Source: Epiperipatus broadwayi
Lineage: Eukaryota > Animalia > Onychophora
Reading direction: 5' to 3'
DNA: 64,000 nt
Assembly: GCA_028023455.1 (NCBI GenBank)
Contig: JAQFVV010000003.1
Location: forward strand, 15,624,001 to 15,688,000
Shown here: one piece after another, positions 12,681-24,249 of the stretch
Layout of the letters: each line of letters starts with the position of its first letter
How positions within the stretch are numbered: position 1 is the stretch's first letter
Notes under the pieces: model-generated
What the model saw: only the letters and a program-made list of their open reading frames with translations
Told to the model about the DNA's origin: nothing
The model's database searches: none
Position numbers and translations under genes: made by a program

Positions 12681-15600
12681 ATTTTAACTTCATATTTATG
12701 TTATTACACACACACATATACCATTGAGGCAACTTTATTAGCTAATAAATAATACAACACTAAATGTTTCCTATTCATCCATGCATACCTCATTATTACA
12801 GAACACAATTAAAAATAGACAAAAAATACTTTTTCTCCACCTATCTAGGATTATAAATAGACTATAACTGAAATAGTATAACAATAAGAGTAAATACATT
12901 GAAAATATTACAAGGAAAATTTATCAAGTATTCTATTTTTAATTTATAATGCAACATTAATTATTAATTTTTTTAACAACTTTATAAAGCTAACTCCTTA
13001 AATAGATAACATAAATATTGGAGTTATATATTAGTCTCATAGCATCCAATGTAATGTGTGTGTATATATATATATAAATCTTAGAGGAAAAGTAGAACTG
13101 AAAAACAAAATTTACATATAATTATTTAAGATAAAGTCTGCAATAGCTTAAATATTGATTAATTTCTTGATATTTCTGAAGTGCTATATTTTAAATTTTT
13201 AATGCAACAAATAAAATTATTTTGTCAAAACAAAATTGTTTATTTCTGTAATATAAATTCGTAATTATAATTAATTTTAATATTTTTTATTTCAAGGATT
13301 AAGAAAGAGCATATTAATTGAACTATTTTTGGTTTTGATAAATGTAAATTAAAAAACAGAACAATTGTGATTAGTCATAATCTTACTGTCATTAATCAAG
13401 AAAATAAATACTTATTGTTAAGCTTTTTGTTTATTTTTCACCCCATTTTAATAGATGGTATTATTATAAAAAGTCAGATTTAAGAGGACAGTTATTGTTA
13501 AATTTCATGTTAATTCAGTTTTCATTTTCAGAGAAGTAAAGCAGGATGGCTTCTCTTTGATGTCTCATAGTCCTATAGTTGTGTAGTAGACACTCCTTGT
13601 TACATCTAATGTGTGAAAATTATAGAATCTGAACCGAATTGAGGATTACAAACATTTTTATCTTATAAATCTATTAACTAAGACATGTCATGCTGGAAAT
13701 CTATATGAGAAAACCAGCCTAATTTTGAGAAATTCTAATCGTATATAAATTACACATATGGGTGCACTGATATTTTTGCATACATATAAAACAAAGGTGT
13801 AAGAAATTGGCTAGTGAGTAAAATATATCTTAACATTGATATATTATTTCAGTCATTAACTTCGATTTTAACAAAAAATTATATTTGTTTATTGCTTAAA
13901 AAAGTATTCAACCTATACTATATTAATTTGTTTTAAAGTAAATTTGAATAAATTTAAAACAGCTGGCCAAGAAATTAGTTAATAGATGGTAATGAATTTA
14001 GGAAATTGTTTTTAAATTTTATAAATATAAAAAAAAAAAAACTTTGAAATTGACTTTCAAAGAAGTTAGGTAATGTTTTTTATCCTAAAATTTTTGTTTA
14101 CAATTTAAAAGTGATCTAAAAAAAATAATAACTTAGTTTGTAATGTAAAGGCAATTAAAATTAATGTCAAATATTTATTATTCTCTTAAAATATGCATGT
14201 GTGGGTATGTAATATATATATACACATATGTGCATTTAACATTTAATTATCCATATTTTGTTAAAATAGAGTAAATAATATTATCATGTGTAGTTAATGA
14301 AAGTTATTACAATAATAAATGGAATATTTGGTAATATTGTACTTAAATATTATTTAAGATCCTAGCAATGTATATATTTCTACAAATTATAACTTAAACA
14401 ATGTTGAATTATTTATTAATTTGCTTTTTTTTTTTCAATCTAGAGAAATATTTTCCAATATTTGTAAAATCAGAATGATTTATTTGTACTGTAGAATATT
14501 AATCAAATCTTTTATTTATTTATTAATTTTAATTGATTAAAAAATTTATTAATCATTATTTTAAGCTTCTTCAGTAATATTATTTAACAATAGAATATAT
14601 TCACTTTTATATTTCTCTCTATTCTTGTTCATATATTGTCACAACACAAATGCTCCCAAGCTTGGAATAATAGAATTTGAGGTATATGTGTATGAACATT
14701 TATTTGATTATATTTAGAATTATTTAGATGGTGCCAAGGTAATAAAAGTTGCATTTCAAACCTAGTTACTTTATATGTTTTAAGATAATTTCTAGTTCAT
14801 TGATAGCCAGTATGTTCATAGTACTATATGGCCCTGAACATTGATGATGATCAGCATTGATATAAAGATTCTGGCATGTTGGTACATGACAGTTTTATAA
14901 TTATTATTAGCAGTTATGTATGCATATGCAGCAAGAATATTCATGATGCTGTTTTATAATATTATACTTCTTTTTAAGTCCTGCCACAGAAGATAACTGT
15001 TGATAATTAGCTTTTAGTAATACTATGCTACATTAATTGCTTGTAGTTACATTTTCTCTGTTTTTTCTGTGCTCTTGTTGTATTCACTGCTAAAACAGTG
15101 ATTGTTGAGTATTATTTGCTTACTCACAATGCATATTGTTAGATAGGAATTACATTAAGCAATCAATAACACAATAACTTTACATTTACAATATATGCAA
15201 AAGGTGTAGTAAAAAAACATTAATTTTATTGTAATTAAATTTTATATATTATATATAGAAGCATTCTTTAATTAAGTAAGTATATAACTAATACTCTGCC
15301 TAACTAGATGAACTAAGTTTTCATTATCATGCCTTCAAAATAGTGGTCAAGTAACCATGTTAGCATGTGTGCACTTATTTATTTAAAGTTTATAAAAGAA
15401 AAGAAATGAACACAGCAAAATTACTTGTGTAAATATTTAAAATAAAATCTAGAATGATTTAAATATTAACAAAATAATCATTCTTTTATTTAGAAATAAA
15501 TTGATGAAAATGAAAGTCTCTCTGATACAAATGGGTTATTTATTGTATTTTTGATTCTGACAAAAATCCAAACTTTTAGTCTAACAAAAAATAAAATATT

Positions 15601-16818
15601 TTTTATATAAAAAAAACTATTGTTTAATAGACATATAATTATAAAAGTTGATTTTGTAATGTTTATAACTGAAAAAAGATTAACAAAAAAAATTGAATTA
15701 AAATATTATTTTTTGAATCTACATTATTTTGATAAATGCAAAATATTAAAAACCTACTTTGTAATATTTTTATAATTTTTATATTTATCAATTAAAAATG
15801 AAAAATATTTAACTTTATTCCTTCTAATTATATCAATCTGTATGTCCCTTAAGGCATGCTCTATAAAACACTGAGGTTGTTTTTTAGTTAAAAATTTTGC
15901 AGCATAAAAAAAAAAGGGCAATTGCTAGCAAGTTTTCATGCCAACAGAGTTTTGGTAGCCAGAGAAGCATAAATTGCTGCTGCTCTTCATTTATTTATAG
16001 TCCACTATATATGTAATCACTATTTGTTATACTTGGAGTTGATAGTAAAAAGCTAAGTCACTTGAAAGCCCTATGCCAGGAGTTAATAACCTTTTAGAGG
16101 TGACATGTTGAACCTATGTTACAATGTTATTCCATGTGCTGACAAAATCCTACCAATTTTATTATATATAATATCAAAATTGGACCAATTATAATGAGCT
16201 TCAAAATTATGTATTATATACTTTTGAAGCCCATTATAATCAGATCCTATATTATTGGCCATTCAATATTTTTAAATGCATAGGACCATATATGAAAAGA
16301 TGTTTTTGTTAAATTATAATTGTGTTTGAAAGTCACATTTAAAATTTCCTTTGGGATGACGAAAATTCACCTCATTGATGCTTAAAAAATGTGTATTGTT
16401 TAATCAGAATAGGCAAAGCACATTTAGATTTCAATAGATTAATTAATTTAAAATAAATTCTAACAAAATAAAACAAGTATTTTTCTAGCATTCATCAAAA
16501 AAGTTTCAAGAAACACATTTTTGTGATATAAAAAATCAATTCGAAATTGGAAGTTTTTCATATATTTTTTTCTTTAAAACTATGGACATTTGGAAATTTT
16601 TCTCTGTCAAAAATTTGTTACAATTACACAATAGACATTTAAAAGATTAAAAACAATGGTTTTTAACCTTTTTTGAGATCCAAAAGATGTTATCATGTCT
16701 CATATATTTACGGACTTCATTCATGCATTAATCCGACTATCACTAATTATAAACTTTTTTTCCAAGTAAATGCAAAACTTAAAATGTATTATTATATAAT
16801 CATGAATAGAAATTTTTC

Positions 16819-17777
16819 GGTAAAGGTTTACTTTAGCGACCACATCATATTTGCCCTCTAGTTTTTAAAATTAGAACTAAAATATTCTAAAATCTTACGT
16901 ATATTCACCTATATTACAATTACAATAAATATTTATTAAAACGTAAAAGATAATTTTAGGAAAATCATTTACCTTTTTAAGCATAATTCTGTCCTATGCA
17001 TACTAGGAAGTTGGAGAAAAAGGCGGCAGTGCTGTGTCTACTCTGGAAGGCAAATTCTTGGAGGTACGGTGAAAATAAAGCTCTGCTGGTACTAGATTGG
17101 AATTTCAGCTTATGCTTTGCTCTCATCCACATATTTTCAGTATTCTGGGTATGTATATATTGGTCTTCATGGCAAAAATTAGCCCAGTCAATGACTTTTT
17201 TTGCTGATGCCGGTCTCATGCACAATGTATTCTTGGAGCAAATTATGTGACCAAAAATACACTATATTTATAATTATTCCCAGAGACAGATGACTTTAGG
17301 AAAAGAAAGACCCCTTTCTGATAGCACTGTGCCAGCGACATATTCTGCATTGCCATCGATACCCATCTATTCCTGCAGAATACATCACCAATGAACACCG
17401 CACTGTTGGCATGTGGCATAATTCTTCAGAAGGTGTCTTCTTGCAAGCCATTTTATGGTCACTATAAAACTGTACACATGCATGTAATTCGAATTTTTGA
17501 ACCCAGAGGGTGTTTTTTTTGTAATAAGTGCTATAAATCTAGATAGTTTAAATTCTTAAGTTTCAAATAATTTAAACTAATTATTTTAATTAATCTAGTG
17601 TAATTATTTCAACTTCTCTAAAATGGTAAATATTTTTTTTACATTTTAATAAATTTTAATGTAATTGTAATATAGTAGCATATACATAAGATTTTCGAAT
17701 AATAATTTACTTCTAATTTTGAAAATTAGAGGGCGAACATGATTTTTATGATGTGGTCGCTAAAGTAAACCTTTACC
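16819..17777 (-). mobile_element. Merlin (IS1016/IS1595-like) DNA transposon, internally deleted, non-autonomous
   Basis: TIRs GGTAAAGGTTTACTTTAGCGACCACATCAT extending imperfectly for ~160 bp. Perfect 8-bp TSD AATTTTTC (16811-18 and 17778-85). Minus strand encodes DGYRWQCRIC..IRKGSFF..SHLSL..VIDWANFCHE joined to HTQNTENMW.RAK.KL..TS..LF..YLQEF. Confidence 0.95.
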
Positions 17778-18149
17778 AATTTTTCAAATGAATTAATTGA
17801 TATAATATTCTGTCTGAATATAAATTTTCTCTAAACACACAGTTGCATGCAAAAGTATCTAAGATCACCTGACTATAAAAAAAAAAATCCAGGCAAAACT
17901 AATCCACTCGGGGAAAAAATATTTCCATTCTCATAAAGCAAAAATCGAATGCACATTCATTGTACAAAATAATTAGTACATTAAACTGAATCATAGTTAC
18001 CATTTACATGTGAGTCACATATGCAAAATGTAAATGATGGCATAAACATGTGTGCTGTAATTAAAATATAATATTTTATTATTTCAATTTAATCAGAGTG
18101 CCATTGATAATCGTTCTGCATGCCATGCTTGACACACATGCACTAGATT

Positions 18150-18700
18150 GCTGATCCCTGCCCTAAGCAACTGAATCTATGTGTTAGTGAAAATTAATCA
18201 AGATGTCTATATAAAATTAATTGTATGTGAAGCCATTGTATGCATATATGACAAAAGAAATTTTGTTGGTAGAAGAAATTATTGATGGATAGTTAAATTG
18301 ACAGAAAAGTATATCTACTGATAATAGTAAAAATTCCTAGAAATTACATATATAATAAACATATGATATAAAATTAATTCCAATGCTAAAATTTCACCAA
18401 AGAAAGATATTTCAATTTATTAACTTATGTTAAAAGAACAATAAAGAACTTTTGTATAAATTACTTCCATCCAAGTAATAGGGAAAAGTTTGCAGGTAAA
18501 TTAGAAAATGGATGTGGAGTTTAAAATTCCAAGAGAAAAAGAAGTTGTATTGAATACAAAGTAAAGCATCTCAAATATTCATCTTGTACGTTTCATAAAA
18601 GACTCTTGATTTAGCTTAGGTTTGGAAAAATGCAACAGATTGGACAAATGTGTTTTATTGCTTGAGATGTTTTTTTATATTAAGCTATAAAAAGATTTTT
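18150..18700 (+). mobile_element. Highly degraded pogo/Tc1-mariner-like transposase remnant
   Basis: Fragments such as RT...F.PS..EKFA and N.KMDVEFKIPREK loosely match the RT..QKLP..EKL and GNMDE..FD.P motifs. Many stops, no TIR found. Confidence 0.3.
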
Positions 18701-18724
18701 GAATTCAAAAATAACAATCAGTGT

Positions 18725-18749
18725 CTTCTTATGTTTTCTATAGGTAAGC
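18725..18749 (+). other. Candidate recursive splice site (AG|GT ratchet point)
   Basis: cttcttatgttttctatAG|GTAAGC inside the 20.6-kb intron 10972-31620. Confidence 0.35.
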
Positions 18750-19155
18750 ATAGAAACATATTACATATTGTTACAATCCTTTAGCTTTATAATTTAAGAA
18801 TAAATTAAAAATAAGAATTGATTTTTTTTATATATTACAATATATATATATATATATGTTAACAGATGGCGTTCTACCAAAAACACTGCCATCTGTTGAC
18901 ATAAATACAAGTGTTAGCAAGTTTTTAACTTGTTTTTTGTTTTTCATAAATGTATCTTTGAGGTCTTTTTAGCAGTGATATATATTGCAGAGGCTTCTAC
19001 TATGTGGTGATGCTGAACTGAGATCAGACCCATATAGCTATCTGGCTTGCTATGCTGAGTTTGAAGACATTACATGTCTAAAAGATTCACGCTTGCAAGC
19101 TGAATAGAAACTGTTTCATAAACGCTCAGAGTTTGTGTTTAGATCTAGTTTCTAA

Positions 19156-19215
19156 AATTCCTGTCTTTCACTGATGATAGCAAATAGCTTGAAATCATGA
19201 TAAGAAAGTGGAATT
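19156..19215 (+). ncRNA. Type I hammerhead ribozyme motif, copy 1 (AUA site, mismatch at first stem I pair)
   Basis: aattcc-tgt-ctttca CTGATGA t-agc-aaata-gct-t GAA ATCATGAT A agaaag-t-ggaatt. Confidence 0.65.
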
Positions 19216-19554
19216 AAAGTTAGAGATAGTGAATGCATGCTCTGACATTTATGTAAACATATGCTTGACGGTGTTTTTGGTAGAATGCCATCTGTTGACA
19301 TAAATACAAGCGTTAGCAAGTTTTTAACTTGTTTTTTGTTTTTCATAAATGTATCTTTGAGGTCTTTTTAGCAATGATATATATTGCAGAGGCTTCTACT
19401 ATGTGGTGATGCTGAACTGAGATCAGACCCATATAGCTATCTGGCTTGCTATGCTGAGTTTGAAGACATTACGTGTCTAAAAGATTCACGCTTGCAAGCT
19501 GAATAGAAACTGTTTCATAAACGCTCAGAGTTTGTGTTTAGATCTAGTTTCTAA

Positions 19555-19614
19555 AATTCCTGCCTTTCACTGATGATAGCAAATAGCTTGAAATCATGAT
19601 CTGAAAGTGGAATT
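19555..19614 (+). ncRNA. Type I hammerhead ribozyme motif, copy 2 (predicted cleavage after C19601)
   Basis: aattcc-tgc-ctttca CTGATGA t-agc-aaata-gct-t GAA ATCATGAT C tgaaag-t-ggaatt. Intact core, perfect 6+6-bp stem I, 8-nt palindromic stem III, U-U at the base of stem II. Confidence 0.8.
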
Positions 19615-20394
19615 AAAGTTAGAGATAGTGAATGCATGCTCTGACGTTTATGTAAACATCGCTTGACGGTGTTTTTGGTAGAACGCCATCTGTTGACATA
19701 AATACAAGTGTTAGCAAGTTTTTAACTTGTTTTTTGTTTTTCATATATATATATATTGTATCTTATCTAGATCTACTTATAAATATAAAATTTAATCCAC
19801 AATTTTAAAGATAAATTAAAATAATTGAACTATTTTTATATCATATATCTTATATATATGGGCCTAGAGATTTAAGGCAAGTAATCAGTAAATACTTGGA
19901 ATATTTTTATAATTCTAGATTCATGAATATGCACATATGTACATGTTCCATTTGTAACTATTTATCTGTAATTCATCTATTTGTTTTGTTTTAAACCTGC
20001 TAAAATATTTAATACTTGCATGACAGTTGTAAATAAATAAGAATAAGATATAATTTATTTATATTATTGTAGAAACTTTGTTAGGTCTTTTATTTCATTT
20101 TATTATTATTAATTAATTAATAAAATTATTAATCATTATTTTAAAATATTATGTATGAATTTATTTAAATAGTAAATTAAATATTTTGTGTTTTTCTCTT
20201 CTGCACATGTTCAACAGAGGTTTTTTTTTTTTTTTTGCTATCCAAGAAGTTAGTATTGGCCAATAACATAATTTTATGAGTGTATGCATTTTATATAATA
20301 GGTTTTAGAATTAATTAAATGTTATCTAAGGTTGAGAGTTATATTTCAAACCAACTCAGTACTATTGTTTAATGTCACTTTTAAACTTCTAAAT

Positions 20395-20765
20395 TTATAC
20401 TATGTATGAGTATTACTATACTTATCCAATAATTGAAGTTCCAATAGTGATCCAGCAATCTGCACTGGTGTTTGTTTAATATAGAATTCTAATTCTAATG
20501 TAATTCTATTAAATGTCATTGTTTTGAGCATGGGTGCATCCATGTTCTTTTATATAAATTGTCCTGCCTAAATTTATATTATATATGAGTATTAGTATAC
20601 TTATGCCCATTATTGGAGTTCCAATAGTTATCCAGCAATTTGCACTGGTGTTTGTTTAATATGAACTCTTATATTCTGGATTTTAGTTACAATATAATTC
20701 TATTAAATGTCATTGTTTTGATTATGAAATGCATCCATGTTCCTTTATATAAATTGTCTTGCCTG
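20395..20765. repeat. ~179-bp tandem duplication (2 diverged copies)
   Basis: atgagtatta..gttccaatag..atccagcaat.tgcactggtgtttgtttaata at 20406 and 20585. Confidence 0.85.
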
Positions 20766-20879
20766 TAACATAATGGTTGTAATAATCAATTTATATGTTG
20801 TGCAAAAATTCAAATTGTAATGATATTCTGATAAAAGTGTATAATATCATTGCTTAGGATAATCAAAGAGAACAATATG

Positions 20880-22000
20880 TATATATTAGAAGGAGGTTGA
20901 ATTCAGACATTCAAGCCCCCTACAGCTATGCATTCCATCTTATACAACTTGTACACATGATCACATTCATGTGAAAAAGATAAATGATCTCCAATATATG
21001 TATTGCATGCTGAATCAGTACTCATTAGTTGGTTCAGATCACCATCTCTCACACATATATATATAATCCATGCTCAGTTTATATTAAGATATCAAATCTT
21101 CAAACTTTAATGGACAAGCTTCAATCTTCTCCACTATCCAACTCTTCAGTCATGCATGTCATTGAAAATCTTATGGTGTAACCTTTAAAGCCCTTGTTGG
21201 TGCCAATATTATTATCATACACATATTGACTTTAAGTCACTCTTATCCCTCATATATAGAACCTTAATATGTCTATTTAAATAAACAGAAGAGGAATGGG
21301 CAGAATACAGGCTAAATATGTAATATTCAAATATAAGTATATTGTTTATACTAAACAATGTAATTAGAAGGGACTTGAACTCAGACTTTCAAGCTTTCTA
21401 CAGCTATGTACTCCATCTTATACAACTGATACACATGATCACATGCATGTGAAAAAGATAAATGATGTCCAATATATATATATATATATATATTGTGCTG
21501 AACCAACACTCATCAGTTGGTCCAGATCACCATCTCCCACACATATATGCATTTATACTTATATTTGAATATTACATATTCAGCCTGTATTCTGCCCATC
21601 CCTCTTTGTATATTTAAAAAAACATATTAAAATCCTATATGTGAAGGGTCAGAGTGACTTACAAGTCAAAATGGGTATGACAATAATATTGGTATTCCAT
21701 CATCAGATTTTCAATGATATGGATGGCTGAAGAATTGGAGGGTAGAGAAGATTGAAGTTTATCCATTAAAGTTTGAAGATTTGCTATCTTAATATAAATT
21801 GAGCACTAATTATACATATGTGTGGGAAATGGTGATATGGATCAACTGATGTGTGCTGGTTCAGCACAGAATACATATGTTGTCATGTGTATCACTTGTA
21901 TAAGATGAAGTGCATAGCTGTAGGAAGCTTGAAAGTCTTAGTTCAAGTCCTTCTAATTACCTTGTTCAGTATAGACAATATACTTATATTTGAATATTAT
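20880..22000. repeat. 430-480-bp unit: two tandem minus-strand copies plus one inverted copy, each with a degenerate hammerhead-like motif
   Basis: attagaagg...ctacagctatg..ccatcttatacaact restarts at 20885 and 21363. 21554-22000 is the reverse complement of the unit. Consensus motif ccaa CTGATGA gtgctg-gtt-cagcac (g/a)aat acatatgt ttgg. Confidence 0.8.
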
Positions 22001-24249
22001 ACATATAATGTAATCTCTATGATAGAGTTTACATGCATGACTTTTTTGTAAATGTATATGTACTTTTTATTATGTATTCTAAAATTTATAAAAGTCATGT
22101 GTGTAAAATAAATTATGAGGAGATTTAAAATAATAAGAATAATTGTAAAAATTAATACTATGGAAACAATTGGAAATGAAAAAAAAAACTTTGATTGTTT
22201 TTCAAACTACAAGATGGAAGTCAAGAAAGTTTTAATGATTATTTAAGTAGATCTAATGTAGTTTCAGGGGTAATAGCTTCATAGTGCTTCACCCTGGAAT
22301 TTTCTTTAATGAATCTTGTTATGGAACTGTAAATAAAAGAATGCCTTAGAGATTAACTACAGTTTGCCAATCCAGTAATTGCTTGCAAATGCTTAAAATA
22401 TGTGACACTTGGTACAAGGAAACTTGCCCTCTAATTAGTTGTTAAATGAAAATACTCTTCTCTGACTGGATTTATAAATTTACATAATTTTGATACCTTT
22501 AATCATAGGAAAAAAACTTCATAGGAATAAACTATGAAAGGAACTTCAAGAAAACAAACCATGAAAAATGAAAAATATTAAAAATTGCTTGCAGATACTT
22601 CAAATATAAGGATTCTTATGATCATATATCTTGATTCAAATGTTAAAGAAAATGATCTCAATATAACATAAATGGGTAACTGAATAAACTCAGTATAAAC
22701 TTTTTTTATGAATTATTTTAAATAAATAAAGATTTTTACTATCATGCATGCTCTTCATACAAATATATAAACATAAATATGTAAATATGATCTATTATAT
22801 TGTTTTCATTATGTTTGTTAATTAAAATTAAGAGCTATTATTAATAATTTTGTTGCTTGTTTATTTCTCTTCTGAATTCCAAGTAGATTATTTTATTTTA
22901 TCTTTTAATAATATTATTAATGTGGAGAGGATAACAGAAAACATGACTGGATCTACATAAAGTATTGTCTTTTAGGTGGACCCAGTCTGATCATTATCTG
23001 TGATTATTTGTAAATTAATTAATAAAAGATAAAAAATTGTATAGTCACTCCACTATATTTGCAGTTGTCTGTTAGATATTCATAATTTCCTGGATTAAAA
23101 TTAATTTGCAAATATTGCTATTTTTTTAAAAAATTTTCTGATCAATTTCCAATTATATATGTATATAAATTATTACAATATATATATAATGCGTCAAGAT
23201 TAATACTCTAATTACTGGTTTATTAAGTAAAGAAAATACTCTCAATCAACTATCTTCTCTCTTTACCTTAATTTCTTTTATGGAGACTTATCTGAAGCAC
23301 TTTACATATTACCTAAAATTACTAACCAATAATACATTGGGAAATATTAACTATATATTTCTTGAAAAGTAATAAACTAATAAACTTCAAAACTTAAAAT
23401 TAGTTGTATGGGTGGCTATAATTTTTTTTCATTCTTAGATATAATTTGATAAAAGTTAGTTATAATTGTTCTATTAATGATATGATAGTTTTAAATATAA
23501 ATATTTTTTAAAAACTTTGCTTGTCATTGAATTTCCTAATCTCCATACAGATTTCTTATACAAATCTGACTAAAGCTTCTCCAATGTAAATGTAATAGAA
23601 TTTATAATTTTGTTGATGCTGATCCAAAGAAAATAAGTGTTAACAAGCAAGCTAATGCTAGTTTTATTAACTAAAAACTATTTAAAATAATTATTTATCT
23701 ACATCTGCAACAACAGATCTAAATGTAAATAGCAAGAATATTGATAAATAAGACTTACTCCCAAAAGTTTATTGTGTGATGATCACTGACTTCTTATTTT
23801 CCAAAGCAAAATTCAAATCTCACCTAATTACCACTATCAATCTCTGCTTATATGCACTATCAATTTTTTTTATCATATACCGAAGTGATGTTTACTTTTT
23901 TGTTTATGAAATTTAAGACAATTTATTTGTAAAAAAAAATAATATGAAGTTAGACAAGGTTAATTTATTTTAAGGCTAAATCAAATTTTATTTACAAAGA
24001 CAAGTTAAACAATAATTATATCTATGTTTAATATTAATTATATTATTTGTTTTTTAATATATAAACACAAAAATATATCAAAATTGAAAAAGATAATTCA
24101 ATAAATAACAAATTGCCACTAGTAAATGAGTATAGCCATGCCAACTCCAAAAAAAGGGAAAAAAGAGAAAAGAATCATTCTAGAAATGAGTTTTGTGATA
24201 ATTGTACACACCAATCTGTAAATTACATATACATCCACATATATAATAT

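Larger units (their letters stand above)
18858..19745 (+). mobile_element. Retrozyme-like element: 399-bp head-to-tail dimer plus partial third unit, one hammerhead motif per unit
   Basis: gccatctgttgacataaatac restarts at 18888, 19287 and 19685. About ten differences between the two units. 18858-18886 is an inverted copy of the unit junction. Flanked by (TA)n on both sides. No ORF. Confidence 0.88.

Noticed and set aside
16996-17250. Plus-strand 84-aa ORF
   Set aside because: Antisense to the Merlin transposase remnant.
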